64,000 nucleotides of DNA, from the NCBI RefSeq assembly GCF_044324875.1, contig NZ_CP172185.1. The stretch is one strand, 5' to 3'. This stretch comes from Escherichia coli (GTDB lineage Bacteria > Pseudomonadota > Gammaproteobacteria > Enterobacterales > Enterobacteriaceae). Position numbers and translations under genes: made by a program. Shown in pieces: positions 9,106 through 19,092 of the stretch; position 1 is the stretch's first letter, and the number at the start of each line of letters is the position of its first letter. The notes below the pieces were generated by a model. The model was not told the origin of the DNA and made no database searches. It saw only the letters and a program-made list of their open reading frames with translations.

Positions 9106-9870
9106 TCAATCCAGTGTGATTTCTGCAGCCAGTTCTTCTGAGTCTGCATTTGCTATTTTGCTACGTAAGACTGCAACATAAATTACGGCAGGTATTGTAA
9201 CCCTGTAGGCTGTACCACCAACATCCACAAGAGTCCAGATTGCGGTAATCGCCCATCCTACAGGACCAGTTAATACAGCCATTGTTCTGGTCAAAATAGT
9301 ATTACCGGCAAAACTTAATCCTCTTCCGATTAAAGCTTTTAAAATAGCATTAGCCATAATTAATGTAAGCTGATACGATTTGAATCCACCTGCTTTAAAT
9401 ATGAACTGGAATGTTGAAACAAGTGCTTTCGGTGTAAGCCCATCGAGTTTTTTTACACCAATCTCTCGCGCAAATTCTTTCAGTTCATCATCACTCATTT
9501 TTTCAAATGCATCATTGAGTATTTTCAACATGAGGCATTGTTCTATATTTTCAATTGTGCTATTTTTGTTATAGTTAACTTTTAGTTTATCACAAACATC
9601 GGTAAGCACCTCTCTGTATTTAACACCTCGTCCTCCTCTGAGAAGTGTCGCAAAAGTATTACCGCCAAAGCATTGAATTTCAGCTGCAATTTCTCGCCAG
9701 TACTTACTGTGCTGAGGATTATATCTTTTGTAATATTCATTTCCAGAAAGTTCTTCAGTAAAGCGTTTCTTTCCGTCCTTATCATATATTAAGCAATCAA
9801 CCAAATCATTCAGTTCTGCATCAGAACATTTTGATAAAAACTCAAGGTCTTCATCATAACGATATGCCAT
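9106..9870 (-). CDS. YaaW/UPF0174-family protein
   Basis: C-terminal ...GPVGWAITAIWTLVDVGGTAYRVTIPAVIYVAVLR... recalled as characteristic of the YaaW family. Confidence 0.55.
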   Translation of the reverse strand: MAYRYDEDLEFLSKCSDAELNDLVDCLIYDKDGKKRFTEELSGNEYYKRYNPQHSKYWREIAAEIQCFGGNTFATLLRGGRGVKYREVLTDVCDKLKVNYNKNSTIENIEQCLMLKILNDAFEKMSDDELKEFAREIGVKKLDGLTPKALVSTFQFIFKAGGFKSYQLTLIMANAILKALIGRGLSFAGNTILTRTMAVLTGPVGWAITAIWTLVDVGGTAYRVTIPAVIYVAVLRSKIANADSEELAAEITLD

Positions 9871-11051
9871 AAAATTTCCTATTTAAAGGTCAGGTGTTAA
9901 TGCTGACATGCGATTTTGAGACGTATAAATAGTCCTTGTCTATTATATTCTTATCAATTTTATTTTCAATGTTTTTATCTTCTTTTTATACACTCTTAAA
10001 AAGAACCGATTTTATTACCTGAGCATGTAATGTAAAAGTATATGTGTGATGATTAAAGTTTTTATCCTTATTTTTCCTGTAAGGACGAGCTTTCCGTGGT
10101 TGCTGTTCTCGTATGTATGCGGGGTATTACTTTCACTAATGGTTAAAATTCTTTCCTTCCGGTTAAAGCATTCATGTGTTTGTATTTTTCTTTGCTATTT
10201 GTTTTTTAGTACAGAATTTAATTAGTGTGGTTGTGATTTTTGTTGATATCACCACGCGCATTTTATATGAAATAGCCACATAACTTTCAACAAAATATAA
10301 AAATAAAATTATGCTATAGTAAACAACAGATTTTTATGTTTATGAAAGATGACCACTTTTTTAATTTGACTGAATTTTTTAAGATGCTTTTGAGTTGTGA
10401 AATATATTTTTCTTTATTGCTTTTTGGAATGTTGACGGGGCGTAGTTATGATTAATATAACAGAAGTTTCAGGAACGCTTTTTTCTTTTAAATGCCTGCG
10501 CATGACTTGTTCAATAATGTGTTTTCATCATATTTTTTTGGCATCAATACAATAATTAAAGATATAACGTTAAAATATTATTTATTGGCTTTTCCTGATG
10601 GAGTAAAAACAAATGTAACAACTAACTGCATGATAAATAAGTAGAATGGTCAGTATCATGTATATTATTTGGGTATAAGTGGTATTTGTAAAGAATCAGT
10701 TGTGTTACTCCGGAATATATCTCTTTGAGAGAGCAGAAGTGAAACAGATATTCTCTTGAAAGTATTGCATTATCGTTACCGTTTTTATATCAGAGGCTGA
10801 AAATACGTATTTTTATAAACAGGGTGGAGGCATTTTTGTGTTATGTATGGATTTTCAAACCGGGTGAATCATCCAGACAGGTAATAATATAATAAGAAAT
10901 GTTGCTGCCAGGCTAAAACAGGAACGTGTACTTCTGTGAAAATGTTGATGCGAAGCTACCATTATTTGGGGTAGGGTATCTTCGCTCATCAGATGATATT
11001 GAATATGGTCGCCTGAAATCAGAAATTAAAAAATACAAATGGTAGTTAACT

Positions 11052-11078
11052 CCCCACCAACCGCTGTGGTTGGTGGGG
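11052..11078 (-). terminator. Perfect 11-bp-stem hairpin immediately downstream of int, followed by a G8 tract
   Basis: ccccaccaacc-gctgt-ggttggtgggg, then gggggggg; T-run only 15 nt further on the minus strand, so not a canonical intrinsic terminator. Confidence 0.3.
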
Positions 11079-11087
11079 GGGGATGGC

Positions 11088-12281
11088 TTATTTCGTTTGT
11101 ACGTTTTTCTCCATAAGTGAATCAATGTAATCAGCGTACCACTGCATCATTTCACGACGTCCATCGAGATACAGGGCATGATTATAGGTACCCCTGATGG
11201 AGTTTTTATCCACATGCGCTAACTGCATTTCAATCCAGGCAGAATTAAAGCCCTGTTCGTGCAGAATTGTGCTCATTGTGTGACGAAAACCATGGCCGGT
11301 TGCTCTGCCATCGTAACCGATGCGTTTTAGTACCATATTGATGCTGGCTTCACTCATCGGTTTGTTAACATCGCAACGTCCGGGGAATATAAGGCGATAC
11401 TGCCCGGTAAAACGATGCAATTCCTGCAGCAGTGAAATGGCCTGGCGTGACAGAGGAACAATATGATGCCTGCGCATTTTCATTCGCTCTTCAGGGATAT
11501 GCCAGAGTGCGTTGTCAGAATCAATTTCTGACCATTCGGCCAGCCGCAATTCAATCGTTCTGAGTCCGGTCAGCATCAGCAGGCTCGTCGCCATACGGGT
11601 GACAGGACTGCCATGATAGTCAGCGAGCTTCCGGAGAAAAACAGGAAGTTCATCCGCTCTCAGATGGGGAAAATGTGCGGTTTTTGGTGCCGCCAGCGTA
11701 CTGGTCAGTTCTGATGCAGGATTGACAGTGGCACGTCCTGTGGCAATGGCATAACGGAAAATCTGATTGCAGTATTGACGGACCTTGCGTAATTTTTCCA
11801 GAGAGCCACGTTTTTCAATACGACGCAAAATCTCCAGCATTTCCAGCGGGAGGATATCAGTCACGCTCCGGTTGCTCAGATACGGGAAAACGTCTTTATC
11901 CAGCGCTTCCAGTACGCTTCTGGCGTAACTGTCAGACCATGATAAAGATTTATGATGATGCCATTCCATTGCGAGAGCATGAAAGGTGTTGGTGACAGAG
12001 ATTTTCTGAGAGAGTTTTTCCCTTCGCTTCTTTTCACCGGGATCTCCACCCTCGGATATAATTTTTCGTGCATCGTCGCGTCTGGTTCTGGCTTCAGCAA
12101 GGGAGACGTCAGGATAGACGCCGAGGGACAGTTTTTTCTCCTTTCCTGCTGTTCTGTACTTAAGGCGCCAGTAGCGTGCTCCCGTGGTTTTTACCAGCAG
12201 ATATAAACCACGTTCATCAGAAAGTTTATAATCTTTGTCTTTAGGTCTTGCCGTTTCGACCTGTCTGGCTGTAAGTGCCAT
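11088..12281 (-). CDS. int: P4-type tyrosine integrase
   Basis: MALTARQVETARPKDKDYKLSDERGLYLLV...RYWRLKYR...KLSLGVYP N-terminal domain typical of P4/CP4-57 IntA integrases; RBS-supported ATG at 12281; adjacent to tRNA-derived att. Confidence 0.9.
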   Translation of the reverse strand: MALTARQVETARPKDKDYKLSDERGLYLLVKTTGARYWRLKYRTAGKEKKLSLGVYPDVSLAEARTRRDDARKIISEGGDPGEKKRREKLSQKISVTNTFHALAMEWHHHKSLSWSDSYARSVLEALDKDVFPYLSNRSVTDILPLEMLEILRRIEKRGSLEKLRKVRQYCNQIFRYAIATGRATVNPASELTSTLAAPKTAHFPHLRADELPVFLRKLADYHGSPVTRMATSLLMLTGLRTIELRLAEWSEIDSDNALWHIPEERMKMRRHHIVPLSRQAISLLQELHRFTGQYRLIFPGRCDVNKPMSEASINMVLKRIGYDGRATGHGFRHTMSTILHEQGFNSAWIEMQLAHVDKNSIRGTYNHALYLDGRREMMQWYADYIDSLMEKNVQTK

Positions 12282-12457
12282 ATGGGGGCCCCTTAAACTG
12301 ACCGAACACAATGAGCCCCCAAATGTGCCCCCATTTAATGCTTGATTCAGGGGGTGTTCAATAGAATTCGGTGGAGTTCAAAATGTCCGGAACGATTATA
12401 AATCAGTGATTATACATGAATTTCGTGGAGTGCGGGGGATGTGTGTAGAAGTGAAGG

Positions 12458-12507
12458 TGGTGCCCTGACTCGGAATCGAACCAAGGAAACGGGGATTTTC
12501 AATCCCC
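12458..12507 (-). other. att core: 50-nt copy of the 3' end of tRNA-Phe (no D-arm or 5' acceptor strand), not a full tRNA gene
   Basis: Minus-strand read GGGGATTGAAAATCCCCGTTTCCTTGGTTCGATTCCGAGTCAGGGCACCA matches the anticodon arm to CCA end of E. coli tRNA-Phe (recalled) with 2 mismatches; upstream sequence does not fold as a tRNA. Confidence 0.75.
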
Positions 12508-12558
12508 GTGCCATAATTGGCTGTGTCAGTTGGTTACACACCATTGAGGTGTGTACTA

Positions 12559-13437
12559 ATGAAAATACTGCCCGTTGTCTCCACAAAAGGTGGCGAAGGT
12601 AAATCAACACAATCCGCAAACCTGGCTGGTTTTCTCGCCGATGCAGGTATCCGTACCCTGCTGATTGACGGAGATCATGCTCAGCCCACGGCAAGCAACA
12701 TCTTTCCGCTGACATATGAAGCGTCAGCCGGTCTTTTTGAGTTGCTGATGCGCACGGCTGACCTCAGTCATCCCGATAACATCATTTCCCGCACGGCTAT
12801 CGACGGACTCGATCTGATAGTCTCCAATGACCCTCATGAGCAGTTAAAAACTGCGATGCTTCACGCCCCGGATGGTCGTCTGCGCCTCCGGAATGTCCTG
12901 CAGCATCCGCTTTTTCTGAACAACTACGATGTCATTGTAGTTGATTCTCAGGGAGCACGTTCTGTCATGCTCGAAATGATTGTGCTGTCGGCCACTGATT
13001 CGGTTGTCGGGATGGTCAATCCGGTACTCCCTGATGTGCGCGAGTTTATTCGGGGCACTGTCAATGTTATGGAGAACCTGCTGCCTTACCGGGAGCTGGG
13101 GATACCCCTGCCGAAAGTACGCACGCTGGTTAACTGCATGGATTATACGGCACTGGCCAGGAAGACGCTGGATGAGCTGGCCGGAATTATTCAGACCGGT
13201 CGTTACAGCAGACAGTTACCTGAAGGTGCGGTTTCCCTTCTTTCCACACAGATTTACGACCTGAATATTTACAAGCAGGGGCATGCGGCTGGTCAACCCG
13301 TACATCGTCTCGAAAAAGAATCCACACGTCGCAGTGATTCCGCGCTTGTCACGATGCACAGCCTGGCCTGTGAACTCTTTCCTGAGTGGAAACAGGCGTT
13401 TGACGGGCTGCTGGCGAACGGGGGAATACGTCAGTGA
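12559..13437 (+). CDS. parA: ParA/Soj-family partition ATPase of the ICE
   Basis: Deviant Walker A VVSTKGGEGKST; first gene after att, as in pKLC102/PAPI-1-type elements. Confidence 0.85.
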   Translation: MKILPVVSTKGGEGKSTQSANLAGFLADAGIRTLLIDGDHAQPTASNIFPLTYEASAGLFELLMRTADLSHPDNIISRTAIDGLDLIVSNDPHEQLKTAMLHAPDGRLRLRNVLQHPLFLNNYDVIVVDSQGARSVMLEMIVLSATDSVVGMVNPVLPDVREFIRGTVNVMENLLPYRELGIPLPKVRTLVNCMDYTALARKTLDELAGIIQTGRYSRQLPEGAVSLLSTQIYDLNIYKQGHAAGQPVHRLEKESTRRSDSALVTMHSLACELFPEWKQAFDGLLANGGIRQ

Positions 13438-13504
13438 TTCAGGTTAAGCGAGAACCATGCAGCTCCGTTACCCTGGCTTATGGACGTTATCAATACCGGA
13501 CAAT

Positions 13505-14020
13505 ATGACGAGAAGGATTAACCCTATGAATAACAGCAGCAATACCACAACCCGTAATACGCTTTCACCCGTTGAGTCAGCCTGTCATGCCTTACTGGAT
13601 TTTATTGCCCGGGAAGTTTTTGAGAATAAAGCACCGGAAGAGGACGTCAGGGAACGTTGCAAAGTATTTACAGCGCTGCTTAACGAAGGATTTAAAGCCC
13701 TGCTTGATGAGGCAGGGCTGAATCTGTCAAACCTTCGTAAACAGTGTGAGGAACTGGAATCTCAGATAACCAGACTTGATTCTCAGTCCGATGCTATTTG
13801 TCGCAGAGGTGCTCAAATTGAACGCTTCATTGGTCACCATTTACCTTTTTTCGATTTGAACAAAGTTTTTGATACTGCCAGTCAGTCATGTGAACCAGCG
13901 CCTTCTCCGGCTCAGTCGGCTGTGTCCAGTAGTCAGCCCAGTAATCTGTCAGAGCAAGGGACATCTCAGCGGGTGTCATCTGTTCAACCGTTGCAGGGAG
14001 CCAGTGATGTTGATGAATAA
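13505..14020 (+). CDS. Hypothetical ICE protein
   Basis: ORF between soj and dnaB; start uncertain; low-complexity S/Q-rich C-terminus. Confidence 0.35.
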   Translation: MTRRINPMNNSSNTTTRNTLSPVESACHALLDFIAREVFENKAPEEDVRERCKVFTALLNEGFKALLDEAGLNLSNLRKQCEELESQITRLDSQSDAICRRGAQIERFIGHHLPFFDLNKVFDTASQSCEPAPSPAQSAVSSSQPSNLSEQGTSQRVSSVQPLQGASDVDE

Positions 14021-14378
14021 GAGCAAACTTAACGGCTTGTTGAACGCTGATACTGTTATCGTCCAGAAAAAACCAGCGGCGGCTGTTAATCAGCCAGTGT
14101 CCGAGCCAGCAAAGTCGGTAAGCGAGCTTCCGGTCAGCTCCGGGAAAGATTTCTGTTCCCTGGTCAAAGAAGGTTTTGCACCGTTCCACATCGTCGGTGC
14201 TCATACCTCCGACTTTCCAGTTTTCATAATATTTTGCCATGTTGCCATCCTCATCATGGTTGTTATCAATGCCGGACGGCAGTTGCTGATGATTTGTGTT
14301 CATAAGGTATTTCTCTTCGTAAACATGTTGATTATGAGCGCAAATATGCTGTACGTACCTTCTGACCGGGGTCGGCAA
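13827..14378 (-). CDS. Hypothetical protein (Trp-rich), convergent with and overlapping the previous ORF
   Basis: 183-aa ORF with globular-looking composition; fills an otherwise 490-bp gap before dnaB; cannot decide from sequence alone which overlapping frame is real. Confidence 0.3.
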   Translation of the reverse strand: MPTPVRRYVQHICAHNQHVYEEKYLMNTNHQQLPSGIDNNHDEDGNMAKYYENWKVGGMSTDDVERCKTFFDQGTEIFPGADRKLAYRLCWLGHWLINSRRWFFLDDNSISVQQAVKFALIHQHHWLPATVEQMTPAEMSLALTDYWADYWTQPTEPEKALVHMTDWQYQKLCSNRKKVNGDQ

Positions 14379-14511
14379 ACTTACCGGTCGGAAAATGTAC
14401 AGAAAGTTATGGGCCTTTTATGCCCTGCAACTGTTCGTCCGGCACCCGTTTTCGTTTTTTTGCATGGTGGGTTTGCTGTGAAACAGGCTCCGTTTGCCCG
14501 GGAGGTGGCGT

Positions 14512-15900
14512 ATGTCTGAACGCTATATTCCACGCTCCGTTGATGCAGAGCAGGCCGTGCTGGGCGGCCTGATGCTCGATAATGAACGCTGGGATGAGGT
14601 GGTACTGATGCTCCGGGGGGAGGATTTTTCTCTGGCCGCACACCGGGTGATATTCCGCACCATGTCAGAGCTGGCAACCAGCGGTCAGCCGTTCGACCTC
14701 ATCACGCTGAGTGAGCATATTGAGAAAACAAACAATATTGAGGCACTGGGTGGTTTCGCTTATCTGGCTGAACTCAGCAAAAATACGCCTTCTGCAGCCA
14801 ATATTATCGCTTATGCCCGTATTGTTGCTGAAAAGAGCATGCTGCGTCAGTTGCAGGAGACGGGGAATGCGCTGATTACGGATGTGGCCGCACCGGATGC
14901 GACACCACGCACTGTTCTTGAATCCGCTGAACGTCGGCTCTTTTCACTTTCACAGACTGGCATGTTGCATGAGCGATGTGAAGTCAGTCTCACCTCGGCT
15001 ATGGAGCTGGCGCTGCGTCAACTGGAAGAGGGACTGAACGCCGGCGGGATGACGGGCACGCCCACGGGATTTGATGAACTGGATGAGATGACCTGTGGTC
15101 TGCAGCCCGGCGACCTCATTCTTCTGGCTGCACGCCCGTCTATGGGGAAAACAGCGCTGGGCCTTACCTTCTGTCTTAATGCCCTGTGTAACCGGACCGA
15201 TGAAACGGTATTTCTTTTCAGTATCGAAATGTCCCGGGAGCAGCTGATTCTGCGTGTCCTGTCAATGCTCTCCAGGGTGGAGCTGACACGTCTTCGCAGC
15301 AGCATGATGGATGATGAAGAGTGGGCGAGAGTCACGGCAACCATGGGACGCTTCATGAATGAAGCGTCATTCATCGGAGATGGAAACCGCCTGATAATTG
15401 ATGACACCTCCTTCCAGACGCCGTCATCGCTGCGTGCCAGCGCCCGTCGTTATGTCCGTCTGTATGGCAGACCTTCCCTGATAATGGTTGATTACCTCCA
15501 GCTGATTCGTTCTCCGGACCAGGAGAACCGAACGCAGGAAATTGCGGAAATATCCCGCGCCCTTAAGGCGTTAGGTAAAGAGCTGGGATGCCCGGTACTG
15601 GCACTGTCTCAGCTTAACCGTCAGGTGGAGCAGCGGGCGGATAAGCGCCCCAATAACGGTGACCTGCGTGATTCCGGGGCGCTGGAGCAGGATGCTGACC
15701 TCATTATGTTTATTTACCGTGATGAGGTTTATAACTCTGGCACGCTGGATAAGGGCGTTGCTGAAATCATTGTGAGCAAACAGCGGCAGGGGCCAACCGG
15801 AACGATACGGGTGAACTTCGACGGCCGCTACACCCTGTTTTCACCGTTTGAACGTGGATGGAATTTTGACCGTGCCGGAGGAAATGCGTATGTCAATTAA
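14512..15900 (+). CDS. dnaB: Replicative DNA helicase DnaB homologue
   Basis: GGAGG RBS; DnaB N-terminal domain (SVDAEQAVLGGLMLDN), Walker A ...AARPSMGKTALGLTF... Confidence 0.9.
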   Translation: MSERYIPRSVDAEQAVLGGLMLDNERWDEVVLMLRGEDFSLAAHRVIFRTMSELATSGQPFDLITLSEHIEKTNNIEALGGFAYLAELSKNTPSAANIIAYARIVAEKSMLRQLQETGNALITDVAAPDATPRTVLESAERRLFSLSQTGMLHERCEVSLTSAMELALRQLEEGLNAGGMTGTPTGFDELDEMTCGLQPGDLILLAARPSMGKTALGLTFCLNALCNRTDETVFLFSIEMSREQLILRVLSMLSRVELTRLRSSMMDDEEWARVTATMGRFMNEASFIGDGNRLIIDDTSFQTPSSLRASARRYVRLYGRPSLIMVDYLQLIRSPDQENRTQEIAEISRALKALGKELGCPVLALSQLNRQVEQRADKRPNNGDLRDSGALEQDADLIMFIYRDEVYNSGTLDKGVAEIIVSKQRQGPTGTIRVNFDGRYTLFSPFERGWNFDRAGGNAYVN

Positions 15901-17539
15901 ACGAAATCATTCCGTTGATCTGGGAGCTGCCATCATGCAACCGGGCCGTCAGACCAGCACGACGGGTAACGTGGTGGCGCTGGGGGAAACACCGATGATT
16001 CTGACGCTGGATCAACTGCGCCCCAACCCGGATAACCCGAGGACCACGCGTAATCCCCGGTACGACGATATTAAAAGTTCAATTTTCTCCCGTGGACTGG
16101 ATACGGTGCCCAAAGTCACCCGGATACCTGAGAGTGAGCCGGATATCTATATTTTCAGCGATGGTGGTAACACGCGATATCAGATCCTGAAAGAGCTGTG
16201 GGAGGAGACCGGCGATCAGCGTTTCTATCGTATTCATGTGCTTTTCAAGCCATGGCCGGGACGGCTTCAGTGCGTCATTGGTCACCTGGCTGAGAATGAA
16301 GTCAGGGGCGAACTGACGTTTATTGAAAAGGCCCGGGGTATCCATAACGCCCGGATGATTTATGAGGAGTCGATGCAGCGAACCGTGACGATCAGGGAAC
16401 TGGCGTCACTGCTGACGGATGAAGGACTTCCGGTAAGCCACTCATCTGTCAGCAGGATGGAGCATACTCTGAAATATCTGTATCCGTGGATCCCCGATCT
16501 TCTGGAATCAGGATTAGGAAGACCGCAGATCAATTCACTGTTGTCTCTCCGGCAGGATGCGGAACGCATCTGGGGACAGTTTGCGGTGGCAACAGAGAAC
16601 GGGGCGGATTTTGACCGCGTGTTTGGTGAATGCTGCAGCAAATTCAATTCACCGGAGCTCTGGTCACTGGAGATGTTCCGGGATGAGCTGATTGGTGATC
16701 TGCTGAAAGCGTTACCACATCCGGTGCTGGATTATGACCGCTGGTTGCTTGAACTGGATCCGCGGGAGCGTAACCGACGTCACCATTTTGGCGAACCTGA
16801 GCCGGTGCTCATTCCCGCAGACAGTGATGCGATGCCAGAGCCTGCGACTGACGGTGTGTCGGCAGTGACGGCGGAGAAGAACAGCGGAAGGGAGCAGTCT
16901 GTGATTTCCGCACCGGCTGACCATGACACAGTCATGAATACGGAGCAATCCCCGGCTGGAAAGGCGGAGAGTTCAGTTATCGAACAACGCGAAGAACGCC
17001 GTAGAAAGGAAGTCCAGCCGGATATGTATGGTGGTGAAGAAACATACAGCGGCGATTACGAAGAGGATGGCGATACCCGTGATGCTGCGGATCTGCCGGT
17101 AACGTCACCGGAAGAGGGGGCTCAGCAGAGCAGCGGTGAAATATTCAGTGAGCCGGTATTCAGTGTTGGTGAACTGGATGATATCGAATATCTGCAGAAT
17201 GAGGCATTTCACCTGGCATGGGAGCTGGCGTCACACACAGGCTGTGTCGATGAGCTGGCTATGGACAGGGAAAGCGAACTGTCTGCGGGATTCGGCGCGG
17301 CAGAGGCGAATTGTTCTCCGGTCATGGCATTTCTTGTCAGGCTGACCGGTGAGGAGGTTCTGCGGGTTAATCCGGTTTCTCTTGATGCACTGATGATTGG
17401 TGGCAGTACTGAAGAAGAGCCACCACTGCTGGATGATGAGCATGCCGGGAAGTTACTCCGTCTGCTTGGGGTGTTGCGTCGTCTGCGGGGGCTGCAGCGC
17501 CAGGTGGAAGAAGAGAACGTGGAGGGGCGTGATGAATAA
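15890..17539 (+). CDS. parB: ParB-like nuclease-domain protein of the ICE
   Basis: ...LTLDQLRPNPDNPR... ParB N-terminal motif; acidic C-terminal half; position after dnaB conserved in this ICE family. Confidence 0.8.
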   Translation: MSIKRNHSVDLGAAIMQPGRQTSTTGNVVALGETPMILTLDQLRPNPDNPRTTRNPRYDDIKSSIFSRGLDTVPKVTRIPESEPDIYIFSDGGNTRYQILKELWEETGDQRFYRIHVLFKPWPGRLQCVIGHLAENEVRGELTFIEKARGIHNARMIYEESMQRTVTIRELASLLTDEGLPVSHSSVSRMEHTLKYLYPWIPDLLESGLGRPQINSLLSLRQDAERIWGQFAVATENGADFDRVFGECCSKFNSPELWSLEMFRDELIGDLLKALPHPVLDYDRWLLELDPRERNRRHHFGEPEPVLIPADSDAMPEPATDGVSAVTAEKNSGREQSVISAPADHDTVMNTEQSPAGKAESSVIEQREERRRKEVQPDMYGGEETYSGDYEEDGDTRDAADLPVTSPEEGAQQSSGEIFSEPVFSVGELDDIEYLQNEAFHLAWELASHTGCVDELAMDRESELSAGFGAAEANCSPVMAFLVRLTGEEVLRVNPVSLDALMIGGSTEEEPPLLDDEHAGKLLRLLGVLRRLRGLQRQVEEENVEGRDE

Positions 17540-18263
17540 TGATGCAGCACGTCAGGAGCAACTGATTAAACGGATAAGAAAACTGCTGGCGCTGAGCCGG
17601 AATAACAGTAATCCACATGAGGCAGGTCAGGCTCTTTCCCGCGCACAGGCGCTGATGCGGAAGCATGGTATCACCGAACTGGATGCTGATATTTCGGTGA
17701 TAAAAACCTCATCATCAAAGGGAGCACCGTCAGAAGCGGAAAAAGTTCCGGTATGGATGGGGCGTCTTATGAATGTTGTTGCAGGGGCATTCGGATGCCA
17801 TACATACCTGGACTGGCGTATCACAACCGGAGGATACTGGCGGCGGATTGTCACATTTTATGGTTTTGGGGAGCGTCCGGTTGTGGCTGCGTATGCCTTT
17901 GATGTTCTCTGCCGGCAGATGCAAAAGGCGACAAAAGAGTATCTCTCAACCCAGAGCCGGAAATTAAAACACTCAACCCGTCGTGCAAGAGCTGCGATGT
18001 TTCGTGACGGCTGGGTTTATGGGGTGCGTGATGTGGTGGATGCATTCCGGCTCACGGAAGATGAGACGCGTGTAATGAATACGTGGCTGCAGAACCAGCA
18101 ATTTGAGGGAATGGTCGTCTTCCGGGAGGTAAAGGACTGCCATGGCGGTGACCATGCACGCTGGCAGGGATACAACGAGGGGAAAAAGGCAACGCTGAAT
18201 CACGGTGTTGGTTCCCGGGATCTGAGACCGGAAAGCCTGATATCGGGCGGAGGTGAGGTATGA
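17532..18263 (+). CDS. DUF2786-like hypothetical ICE protein
   Basis: RBS-supported ATG 17532; N-terminus IKRIRKLLALSRNNSNPHEAGQALSRAQALMRKHGITE resembles the DUF2786 motif (recalled). Confidence 0.6.
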   Translation: MNNDAARQEQLIKRIRKLLALSRNNSNPHEAGQALSRAQALMRKHGITELDADISVIKTSSSKGAPSEAEKVPVWMGRLMNVVAGAFGCHTYLDWRITTGGYWRRIVTFYGFGERPVVAAYAFDVLCRQMQKATKEYLSTQSRKLKHSTRRARAAMFRDGWVYGVRDVVDAFRLTEDETRVMNTWLQNQQFEGMVVFREVKDCHGGDHARWQGYNEGKKATLNHGVGSRDLRPESLISGGGEV

Positions 18264-18838
18264 GTAACAACTTATCACAGGCCACCAACGGGCTGTTGAT
18301 GCAACTGGTGATGGATCTCAAGAGTGGCTATCTGCGGCGATGTGAAGCGCTGGGGCTTTCCCGGGAAGAAATGCAGATGCTGCAGGGGCTGAGCATTGAA
18401 GAAATTCACTATCTGTCAAATTCAGAAGTGTCGGTGCTGCGGCTGGATATTAACCACAACAATCTTGTGCGCATGTTGCAGCAGGCGCGGACTGAACAGA
18501 AACGTCTGCAGCGAATCGATCGCGCTCTGGCGCTGGGTGGGTCTATCGAACTCATGGCGTTTTATTTTGGTCTTTCCAGCGTGGATGTGGCTGCGCGGCG
18601 TCGTATCTCCGGTATTGATGTTCGTCCCGGAAGGGGGATCACCCTGAGTGACGATGAGAATTCTGAACTCTGGCGGTTGTGGCAGAAAGCCGGGATCAAT
18701 GATGTGGAGAGTGTGGATGGGCTGGATGTCATGATGCTTTGTGCTGAACAGATGAACATTCCACTGACGGCCATCTGGCATGCCGTCAGAGGGTGGCATA
18801 CAACCGGAAATCCGGATCAGGTAAGGAGTGCGTCATGA
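18260..18838 (+). CDS. Hypothetical ICE regulatory-region protein
   Basis: 192-aa ORF, start overlaps upstream stop; no recognised motif. Confidence 0.55.
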   Translation: MSNNLSQATNGLLMQLVMDLKSGYLRRCEALGLSREEMQMLQGLSIEEIHYLSNSEVSVLRLDINHNNLVRMLQQARTEQKRLQRIDRALALGGSIELMAFYFGLSSVDVAARRRISGIDVRPGRGITLSDDENSELWRLWQKAGINDVESVDGLDVMMLCAEQMNIPLTAIWHAVRGWHTTGNPDQVRSAS

Positions 18839-19083
18839 AGATGACAGAACTGGTTCCCGGAGTGCTGACAAGTCCGGGCGTCCCTCCCACCAGTCAGCGT
18901 AAGGCGGTTGAACTGGTCAATCGCTTCCGTCGTGGAGAGCGGAATTATCATGAACTGAAGGAAAGAGGATTTGGTTATTTCAAGATTGATGTTGGTCCTG
19001 ACTGGCGGTTACTGAGCCGGAATAAAGGGCTGACCTGGGCCCTGTTGAGTCATGAACGATACAACAACATGAGACTGAAGTGA
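18835..19083 (+). CDS. Small hypothetical protein
   Basis: AAGGAG RBS, ATG 18835; 82 aa. Confidence 0.5.
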   Translation: MKMTELVPGVLTSPGVPPTSQRKAVELVNRFRRGERNYHELKERGFGYFKIDVGPDWRLLSRNKGLTWALLSHERYNNMRLK

Positions 19084-19092
19084 GGTGGAAAG

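Noticed and set aside
12420-12520. Full tRNA-Phe gene
   Set aside because: Only the 3' ~50 nt (anticodon arm, T-arm, acceptor 3' strand, CCA) are present; the sequence upstream cannot form a D-arm or the acceptor 5' strand, so it is an att core and not a functional tRNA.
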